A stretch of 64,000 nucleotides of DNA from Octopus sinensis (Eukaryota). Positions within the stretch are counted from its first letter, which is position 1, and each line of letters starts with the position of its first letter. The notes beneath the pieces were generated by a model that saw only the letters and a program-made list of their open reading frames with translations, was not told where the DNA came from and ran no database searches. The stretch lies in contig NC_043000.1 of the NCBI RefSeq assembly GCF_006345805.1, forward strand, positions 63,550,001 through 63,614,000, given 5' to 3'. The position numbers and the translations under genes were made by a program. This document shows positions 1 to 8,729 of the stretch, piece by piece.

Positions 1-135
1 GCGCCTTCAGCCATTTGAGTCTTACAAGTCACCTATACTGCTAAGCATTTTAGGGATGTGAAACCAATGGCCACTTTATGAGAGGCCATAACATTTAACT
101 TCCTAATGTGTGTATATGTGTTATACGTGTATAAC

Positions 136-202
<67 letters not shown>

Positions 203-249
203 TAGAAATATGTTACAAAAAGAAAATATAAAATACGTGGAAATGTAAG

Positions 250-432
250 GGTAAAATATGAAAAATCAACGAAAATGCACATTGCAAATAAAAAAGATGC
301 TTTTTATGACAGGTAACGACAAATATATATATAGCAGGTAACGACAGGTAATGTATATATTTGTCGTTACCTGTCATAAATAACCTTTTTTTATTTGCAA
401 TGTGCATTTTCGTTGATTTTTCATATTTTACC
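250..432. repeat. Fold-back inverted repeat (~80-bp arms), probably a TE terminus
   Basis: 250-~330 (ggtaaaatatgaaaaatcaacgaaaatgcacattgcaaataaaaaag...tttatgacaggtaacgacaaatatata) is the reverse complement of ~355-432, with a short spacer containing a partial extra copy of caggtaacgaca. Confidence 0.85.
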
Positions 433-522
433 TCTGTGTATATATATATATATATTCATATATATGTATATTATGTATATTCAGACACATATATATTGTA
501 TTCATATATATACACATATAAT

Positions 523-790
523 CATACATGAGCGGTAGAATAAGTATCAGGCATTAAAAGATAGGTCCTGGGGATTAATTTCTTCGACTAAATCCCTTCT
601 AGGCAGTACCCCAGCTTGGCCACTGTCTAATAAGTGAAACAAGTAAATGGTAAAAAGGTAAATTGGCGCTTACTCAGGGATCGCTTTATATTCGAGATCG
701 CATCGTGCTTGAGTAAATACGGTAGAAGCATAATTCTACGTTCCGAGTTCAAATCTTGCCTGTAACAATTTTGACCTACACCCGAGCTCG
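523..790 (+). mobile_element. Degenerate SINE fragments (SINE-A tail followed by SINE-B head)
   Basis: Similar to the 3' end of the full SINE-A copies (38036-38386) and to the head of SINE-B (50272-50506), including the gttccgagttcaaatc B-box. Confidence 0.6.
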
Positions 791-1167
791 GTAAATAAAT
801 AAATAAATAATAAAAGAGAGCCAAAGAAATACTGGACAGATAGAATTTAATGAATATTTACAAAGGATTTGAAATAACGTGGGAAGAGGGTAGAATTATT
901 ACAGCCGACTGATGAATAGTGTGGGGAAAAAGAACCAAATATAATCTATAAATCTCGTAATTCTTTATGTTACGTGACATACTTCATTCGCCAATCTAAA
1001 TCTTTTTAGAACCCTTTCCTACACATAAATAATCATTACTGATTCATAACAAATATTGATTTCAACATAGAAATGGTGCTTGAAAATTTGGTAAAGGAAG
1101 GTATGGGATGCATTCACACGCATATCTTATACACATGTAAAAACACAGACAGACAGACACAGACACA

Positions 1168-1222
<55 letters not shown>

Positions 1223-1297
1223 AAACACATACGTCTGTTCATAAATGCATATGCACGTTTGAGTGTGGGCGTAATTATATGCAATACATATATATAC

Positions 1298-1625
1298 ATA
1301 ATCAAAATGAGCAACAAGGATATCCAAGGTAGTGTAGTACAATTGTTTCGTGCTACTTCATTTTATTAAATGCTGTAAGTATTGCATCAGTTTTAAAATG
1401 TCGAGCAATCTTCAGCCACATATAGAATTTTTTAATTAAACGGACAATGCTCGACATTTTAAAACTGATGTAATACTTACAGTGTTTAATAAAATGAAGT
1501 ACACTACCTTGGATATCCTTGTTGCTTATTTTGATTATAATCACCCCATTTGATTTATATGGATTATACCATACAAAATTCTGGTGCCTTTAACTTAAGT
1601 ACCATATTCATCTGAATCTAAATTT
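1298..1625. mobile_element. PLE-like terminal repeat with inverted duplication (arms 1298-1407 and 1448-1538)
   Basis: The arms are reverse complements; the right arm lacks ~19 bp (gtacaattgtttcgtgct). The same tail recurs at 37795-37940, so it is a dispersed family. It contains a hammerhead fold. Confidence 0.7.
1333..1420 (-). ncRNA. Type-I hammerhead ribozyme (family H1), long helix II
   Basis: Minus strand: UGUGG-CUGAAGA-UUGCU...AGCAC-GAAA-CAAUUG-UA|CUACA. Helix I UGUGG/CUACA; helix II UGCU/AGCA with a 10.1 U.C mismatch; palindromic helix III ACAAUUGU; GUA cleavage triplet. Confidence 0.75.
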
Positions 1626-1631
1626 TGCTGA

Positions 1632-1670
<39 letters not shown>

Positions 1671-1812
1671 TTACACACACACGCACACTCAAACACACAT
1701 ACATATGCATATATATCAAGTGTCTTCTACTATAGCCTCGGACCGACCAATACCTAGTGAGCGGATTTGGTAGATGGAAACTGAAAGACGCCGATACATA
1801 TATATATATACA

Positions 1813-3051
1813 CAGACATGCAGGAAGTAAATAGACACTTTTACTTTTCAAAATCTTTTATTTAATACGCAAAGTGAACAATTGAAATGTAATGGATAGG
1901 TAGGACATACTTTAGTATTTAGCTGACATTCCCTTTGCAGATTTTAATACAGAAACTCTTTTTGGCATTGAACTGATGAGCTTTATGATTGTCTCTTGTG
2001 GATTATATTGTCCACTTTTTAAGCAACAATCGAAACGATTCATCTTTAGATTTAGGTTTCTATTGAATTTTTCGTATAGCTCTATCTAGTATGCTCCAAA
2101 GATGTTCAGTTGGGTTCATGTCAGGAGATTGGCTTTTTGATCCCATTTTCAGTCAACCATTGTTGATTCCTTTTTGCTGTTTGCCATGGAGCCCCATCTT
2201 CCGTGAATAAAATCTCATTTTTCGTTATGCTATCGTGTGAATACATCGCAAGTAGTCCTTGCTTAAGTATTTCGATGTATTCTTCAGAGTTTATTGTTCC
2301 AACACATTCGATCAACTCAGAACGACCATTGCTGGTGACAGCTGCCCATACCATTACAGAGATACCGCCATGTTTCACAACTGGTTGGAGTCGTTACAAA
2401 TCAAATTTTTGATTGGGAAGCCTCCAGACCCAAACACGTCCACTGTCAGAAAATAATGTAAATCTAGATTCATCTGAGAAAATCACTCTATCCTAAAATG
2501 AAATGGATTTTTCTGATATCTCCTTAGCCCATTTTTTTCTTTTCATGATATTAATTGGTTGAAGGAGAGGTTTTCTTCTAGCTGCACGTCCATAATACCT
2601 AAGCTTATTCAGATATGTAACACACGTTCTGGGCTAACTTCTAGCTGTTTTGCAGTATCAGAAGCCTTAGAACGGGGTTCGTTTTCCACAATTCTCTTCA
2701 AACTTCGAAGCTCACTTTCCGAGGCCCAGGTTGGCTGGGACGGGAATCTGTTGATTCTTTTTGAATTGCACTATAATTCTATTAATAGTAGCAAAAGGAA
2801 TTTGAAAATGTTTGGCAATATTTCGGTGACCAGCTTCAGATTGCCCAACAATGCGACCTCTTTCAAAATCTGACAGTTCTGCTGAATTTTTTGAGCGTGG
2901 CTTGGTTACTCATCGCAAATGCTCAATATAATGACACCTGGAATGAAAAAGAATAATTACGTTGTAAATTCTACACTGCTGAAAATATATTAATACGCTT
3001 AGATCAGAAATTTAGAAAATTAAAGGTGTCTGTTTACTTCCTGCATGCCTG
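1813..3051 (-). mobile_element. Tc1-family DNA transposon, degenerate full-length copy
   Basis: TIRs cagacatgcaggaagtaaatagacac (1813-1838) and gtgtctgtttacttcctgcatgcctg (3026-3051) within TA tracts. Minus-strand transposase pieces: KHGGISVMVWAAVT..., FTEDGAP and HEPN (ORF 2121-2378); N-terminal ELSDFERGRIVG. Confidence 0.9.
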
Positions 3052-3066
3052 TATATATATATATAT

Positions 3067-3431
3067 ACTAGCAGTATCGCCCGGCGTTGCTAGGGTTTGT
3101 AAGGGAAATAACTATAAAGCATTTTTAGAGAGTTATAGCCCCAAAATAGCAAAAAAATGGTAAATTTTTTTTTTTTGAGAGTTAAAAAGGTCGAGTTGCG
3201 TCCCCTAAACAGTCTGTGGTTTGTGTTTCTGATTCTCGACCCTATGTCGAATTTATCGATTTTTTTCAGAACTGGGGGAACTTTTCAAAATTTTCGCTGC
3301 GTTAGTTTTGAATTATGACATTGGGCTATGTGTGTGTCAAATTTCATCAGAAACGGTTGAAAGCCGTGGTCAGGGTGAGGGTACAACCTAACAGACACAC
3401 AGACACGCAGACAGACAAACTGCCGTTTATA
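3067..3431 (+). mobile_element. Non-autonomous Helitron/Helentron-associated (DINE-1/HINE/Lep1-like) element
   Basis: Starts actagcagtatcgcccggcgttgctaggg; contains the gtcaaatttcatcagaaacggttg block and an (acag)n microsatellite near the 3' end; inserted in (TA)n. Confidence 0.7.
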
Positions 3432-3497
3432 TATATATATATATATAATATATATATCTATATATATATATATATATATATATAAACGGCAGTTTAT

Positions 3498-3531
<34 letters not shown>

Positions 3532-3587
3532 ATATATATATATAATACAGACAGGCAGGAAGTAAACAGACACCTTTAATTATATAT

Positions 3588-3661
<74 letters not shown>

Positions 3662-3806
3662 GGTTAAGTAATTGAGATTCAAGTGAATTCTAATGAATTC
3701 ACATGAATATGGTCCTTAACTAGATGCACCGGAAATCTATATGGTGTTAACCATACGACAAGTGGGGTGATTACAAATAGGAAAAAGCAACAAGAATGGA
3801 TTAAAA

Positions 3807-3894
3807 TCTCGGTACGATCGTTTCGTACGAGGACATCTTTAATAAGCTACAAAAAATGCAGTGAATACAGATGGCTCGTACTCGTCAGCCGAAA
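3807..3894 (-). ncRNA. Type-I hammerhead ribozyme (family H2), intact core, long helix II
   Basis: Minus strand: UUUCGG-CUGACGA-GUACGAG...CUCGUAC-GAAA-CGAUCG-UA|CCGAGA. Helix I 6 bp (one G.U), helix II 7 bp plus CAUCU/AGAUG extension, palindromic helix III ACGAUCGU. Confidence 0.88.
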
Positions 3895-4277
3895 AAACAT
3901 CAGAGAATTCCCAAACATCAAAAGGGGTAGATACAAAAGAGGTTGTAAGATTAACTGCATTGAAGAAAGTTCGATTCATGGAGATCCGATGAAAGGTTTT
4001 AAACTTACAGAATTTGTGCATGTCTACATATAGCTCATATTGAATTTCTAATCAAGTTGTGTGAAGAAATTTTCGGATACAGTCATGCTAAATTTCTGAA
4101 AATCCGAGTAAGAGGCAAAGTGACTGCCATATCATGTAGAGGAAAGTCTGAGTAAAAGCAAAGTGACTGTCATATCGTGTAGAGAACATATATATATATA
4201 TAATAGATATATATATATATATATATATGTATGTATATGTGTGTGTGCATGCGTGTGCATGTGTGTGTGTGTGTGTG

Positions 4278-4525
4278 ACGGTTAGTGGCGTTGTGGTTCG
4301 GATGCTGCACTTACGACCGTAGGATGTTGGTTTTGTGCAATGTGTTCTTGAGCAAAATACTTAATTTTACGTTGGTCCACTCACTCATAGCGCTGAGATG
4401 AACTGGCTTCCAATTCAGCGGAATGCTGGCCTGCCCGAATAGGCAACGGCTACAACAATGCGAGGAAACGCATTGTGACCAGCAGTATATAACCACACCC
4501 GATAATTTGATCGATACCGTAATAC
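4278..4525 (+). mobile_element. Degenerate tRNA-derived SINE (SINE-C related)
   Basis: Degraded A-box head; 3' block aacaatgcgaggaaacgcattgtgaccagc matches 56025-56048. Confidence 0.55.
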
Positions 4526-4527
4526 AT

Positions 4528-4561
<34 letters not shown>

Positions 4562-5152
4562 CTACACACAAATGTATGTATATATGTATGTATTGATAGT
4601 GAGCGATTTAAATAACCATTGCTCACAGTTTCACGGAGGTAGAGATACACTTTCAGATATTCTCGATGAAAAAGTTTGAGGGACCGAGTTCTAAAAAAAA
4701 AAACTGGTTGCTTTTGTTTTGATAATGTATAAAGTTCATTGCTATTGTTCAGTTCAGGCCACGTGATAGACGACTGCTAGAAGAATGGAAGTATTGTAGC
4801 AACTACAAAATAGAAGAAAAACTAGAAAAAAACTGTGAGGTACAAATAGATAACATTCGTCTTCGTTGCCTTTATTAGAAATTCCTAGAAAATTTCAATA
4901 AATTTCTGTAAGAATTATATAACAGTGTAAGTAACTAATGGGTTAAAATTGGCTAACAGGGTTTTCTTTTTATGAAAAGCAGCTGGCCATTTGTTAGATA
5001 CAAAGATGGTGGTTACACGCTTGTATCGAATATAGGGGGTTCTTTGTCGAATATGACCAATATTATCCTGGGAAGTAATTTTGCTGGATCTGATCTTCGT
5101 AGATGAAACGTGTAAGGAGTTACGTAAGACACAAATACACACACACACACAC

Positions 5153-5360
5153 GATGTGGCTAACCTATCTATAGCATGGTGGGATAGGAAACTCAAAAAG
5201 AGATTAGCAGAGAACACCATAATCCTAACCATGTACTCATGTTATGTGGATGATAATAACATAGTGGCCAAAGCAGACCCACAAGATTATGTCGATGAAC
5301 TAGAAGCTAGCACTATGGAGAGCATCTAGCAAATAGCCAACTCCATCCACCAGATGGGTT
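5153..5360 (+). pseudogene. Penelope-like reverse transcriptase remnant
   Basis: Translation DVANLSIAWWDRKLK...MYSCYVDDNNIV...STMESI*QIANSIH; YVDD catalytic motif at 5243-5254. The ANL.[MI].WWD and IANSIH motifs resemble mollusc PLE RTs (recognised from memory). Confidence 0.65.
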
Positions 5361-5605
5361 AGTTCTGTCATTTCGGGAATAATGGAATCAGGTTATCCAG
5401 TTGTTTGCTTACATTTCTTTCTTGTAAGTAGAAGATGGAGTGGTATCCAATCCAAAATACCCATTATAGTCAAAACATCTAGAACATTGACATGTCGTGA
5501 CAATCATGATTTAAACTTAAGTTACATTGTTGTTTTTGTCTCTGGGATACACCTAAAAAAACTGTGAGTTGTGTATCCCTTTCTCCTACCTAACACATAC
5601 TGTCA

Positions 5606-6204
5606 ATGAAAATAGTAATGCAATACGAAAGTATTGCTTTCCAGTAAAAGATAGCCCGTAAGGGTAAAATTATACATATAAAAGTAAATAAATGGTACAA
5701 CGAAATACCGATATTTACTGGAAAATAGCGATCGTAATAAATACGACGCTATTGTATAGCTTCACTGCGTATATACTAGCAAAGATGTGTGTGTGCAACA
5801 AACATGAAAAATGAAAAACCTAGAAACGGATAATGCAGGACCGGTTTCAGACTCTTCAAATACGTTTGACAACGTAGATTTGATTTGTCCTCATCAGCTG
5901 CATATACATAGACAAAATTTCAAATGTTGCCACATCTATGCCAGTACACTCGTCTGAACGCCAAAACGTTAACAGAACGAGAACAGTGAAGAAGTTTCAA
6001 TGAAAGCATTATCCGTTTCTAGGTTTTTCATTTTTCAGATGTTCTTCCTAGAGGTAAGACAAATTTTTTTCATATTTGTTGCACACACACGTCTTTGCTA
6101 GTATATACGCAGTGAAGCTATACAATAGCGTCGTATTTATTACGATCGCTATTTTCCAGTAAATATTGGTACTTCGTTGTACCATTTATTTACTTTTATA
6201 TGTA
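5606..6204 (-). mobile_element. Non-autonomous PLE-like fold-back insertion with 15-bp target-site duplication
   Basis: Direct repeat taacacatactgtca at 5591-5605 and 6205-6219; internal inverted arms ~5668-5837 and 6006-6208; central hammerhead. Confidence 0.75.
5833..5903 (-). ncRNA. Type-I hammerhead ribozyme (family H3)
   Basis: Minus strand: AUGCAG-CUGAUGA-GGAC...GUCU-GAAA-CCGG-UC|CUGCAU. Helix I 6 perfect bp; helix II GGAC/GUCU extended by CAAA/UUUG and UACGUU/AACGUA; palindromic helix III ACCGGU; GUC triplet. Confidence 0.88.
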
Positions 6205-6593
6205 TAACACATACTGTCATATAGGTCAGTGCTACTCAGAGTGGTGGTCCGCGAGCCATCAGCTGCCAGTATGCGGCAAGTTTCCAGAAAAGAATGAAAT
6301 TATAAAATGCTTATAAAATGCTTATGTAATATTGTATTATTTGTTTACAAAATGAATATAAGATAGAAAAAAATTGTCAACTTTTATTATATCTATTATA
6401 TATATTAAATCTCTGAACGAGATATAAACAGTAACTGTTCGACAACGTAAGGGGTATCAGCCATCTGAATGTGGCTAGGGACTGGGCGGGGTGGTGGGGT
6501 GTTACTGATGCTTTTAGCCCCAGGCGATCAACGTCACCAGAAGGACTGACACTATCTCAGTGTCCTTGTTTGTTTGTAAAGATCCGGGTACTA

Positions 6594-6636
6594 CATACGT
6601 ACTAGTTTCGAGGTCATTGCCTCTTGTCAACGTATG
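6594..6636 (-). ncRNA. Minimal type-I hammerhead ribozyme (family H4), U3-A8 core variant
   Basis: Minus strand: CAUACG-UUGACAA-GAGG-CAAUGA-CCUC-GAAA-CUAG-UA|CGUAUG. Perfect helix I (6 bp) and helix II (4 bp), palindromic helix III ACUAGU. Confidence 0.8.
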
Positions 6637-6904
6637 GTAAGCACCGGTCTTCGATGAAGGATTCCCTCTACAAACAATATATATAACGTTTTTCACAGTA
6701 ACCACTGTCACTGATCATCAGTAACACCCCACCACCTCGCCCAGTCCCTAGCCACATTCAGATGGCTGATACCCCTTACGTTGTCGAGCAGTTACTGTTT
6801 ATATCTCGTTCAGAGATTTATTATTGTTTTCAGACAGTTTTTCTACATCAGTGACCGTGGTTACTGTGAAAAACGTTATATATATTGTTTGTAGAGGGAA
6901 TCCT

Positions 6905-6947
6905 TCATCGTTGACAAGAGGCAATGACCTCGAAACTAGTACGTATG
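6905..6947 (+). ncRNA. Second, inverted copy of hammerhead H4 (helix I altered by deletion)
   Basis: UCAUCG-UUGACAA-GAGG-CAAUGA-CCUC-GAAA-CUAG-UA|CGUAUG; identical core, helix I now CAUCG/CGUAUG with a 1-nt bulge. Confidence 0.7.
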
Positions 6948-7461
6948 TAGTACCCGGATCTTTACAAACAAACAAGGACACTGAGATAGTGTCAGTCCTT
7001 CTGGTGACGTTGATCGCCTGGGGCTAAAAGCATCAGTAACACCCCACCACCCCGCCCAGTCCCTAGCCACATTCAGATGGCTGATACCCCTTACGTCGTT
7101 ATTATATATATTGTTTCCAGTATAAATTAATGTTACTAAAAAATATTGCCGGTCCCTAGCACATTGGAGAAAACAAACTGCCGGTTCGCCACATCAGATA
7201 GTTTGAAAAGCACTGATATAGGCCTCTGGGTGACACAGAACTTCGTTTTTAAGTTTTAATTAGGTAAGGTGCTTGCACTGATTACACTTTCAGATACGGC
7301 ATTCTAGGCTTGCCGTGTATGTATGTATGTATGTATGTATGTATGTATGTATGTATGTATGTATGTATGCATGCATGCATGTATGTATGCATGCATGCAT
7401 GCATGCATGCATGCATGCATGTATGTATGTATGTATGTATGTATGTATGTATGTATGTATG

Positions 7462-7493
<32 letters not shown>

Positions 7494-8376
7494 ATTCTAT
7501 CTCGGTTCTAATATCTAACCATTAGTGTTCAGTTTTCGATGAACTGAACCACAAGACTCATTGACTTAGCGTATAAGTAACTGACTATACCACAGGCATA
7601 AGTGTCCTCCACTTCATTTTCAGGCGTAATCAGTTCGGGACTGTATGACACAGTTGGACCTTTGAATAACAGGTAAAGTTCATCTGAGAGGCTTTGGTAT
7701 GGTTTCTACTTGCCTATTTCGACCCGCGGCTTTGAAAAATAACATTTGCACATGATGTGACGCAACAGAATCGCAGCAGGAAATCAATGTTCACAAAATA
7801 CAACCAGGAGCGGCAGTGTACAATAAATGTTATATTAATTCAGTATTGTATCAATACTTCAGTTACGACGATTCAACTTTCAACTAAAATTTTGTTCCGG
7901 GAGTGACTTCACCCACTCTCTTTATTTACTAAGTTTTCGTGTTTTCCATTGGATGAAGAAATTTTCTCCTAGTTATTCAGAATTTATGTAACACTCCTAG
8001 AAATTGGTACCATAGGCGACCGTCTGGCTTGCCTAATTCGTAACACCACTCTAGTGTGTTGTATGTGTGGGTAAGTGTGTTTGTTGCCATTCCTTTACGT
8101 CATATCTCAACTGATTATTAACGTATGCATGTATGAATGTATTTATTCTTGTAGGTTTTGCTTGTGTATAAGTTTGTGTATGTACTTTAATTATGTCAAC
8201 AAATTGCCTGTTTAGGTTTGGCTGACCGAATTAAAATATATAAACTCAACTTCTGGTACGGAGTCGTTTTTTCACCTGTTCGTTAGCACTAACGTGATGT
8301 GTGTGTGTGTTGCATATATATATATATATATTATATATTATATATATATTATATAATAGATATAATATATATATAT

Positions 8377-8680
8377 AAGTAAATAAATGGCACAACGAAC
8401 TACCGATATTTACCGCAACTCTGCTTTTCAATAGGTGCAAAATAGTCTAGTTTTATCTTGTATAGAATTAATAAATATTCGCCACTTAACAGTCATGAGA
8501 ACTTTTGCATAAAGGATAAACTTGAATATGTTGATACACACACACACTACACACACACGCATACATACGTACGTACGTACATACATCATACATACATTCA
8601 TAAATACATACATACATACATATTTACGGGCTCTATCCTTTACTGGAAAGCAATACTCTCGTATTGCGTTACTATTTTCA

Positions 8681-8681
<1 letters not shown>
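8377..8681. repeat. Two H3-family tail fragments flanking a ~210-bp copy of 9326-9525
   Basis: 8377-8411 matches ~5683-5717; 8624-8681 is the reverse complement of 5606-5662; 8411-8621 matches 9326-~9525. Confidence 0.75.

Positions 8682-8729
<48 letters not shown>

Larger units (their letters stand above)
6406..7096. repeat. Complex inverted duplication X-Y-X'-z-Y'-X'(partial) of a ~310-bp hammerhead-bearing unit
   Basis: X 6406-6510, Y 6511-6715, rc(X) 6716-6820, 25-bp spacer, rc(Y) 6846-7030 (missing 21 bp), rc(X) 7031-7096; only a few mismatches between copies. Confidence 0.9.

Noticed and set aside
909-945. CTGATGA followed by GGAAA
   Set aside because: No helix II or III pairing and no UH cleavage context.
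1976-2045. CTGATGA...GAAAC motif inside the first Tc1
   Set aside because: Helices II and III do not pair; it lies within transposase sequence and is a chance match.
4104-4185. ~40-bp tandem duplication; also the 9-bp inverted repeat at 5544-5579 and the 40-bp direct repeat at ~53506-53640
   Set aside because: These are short local slippage or SINE-tail products with no further structure.
6406-7096. CRISPR-like or prokaryotic repeat-spacer interpretation of the repeated blocks
   Set aside because: The repeats are long and inverted, there are no unique spacers or cas genes, and the context is eukaryotic.
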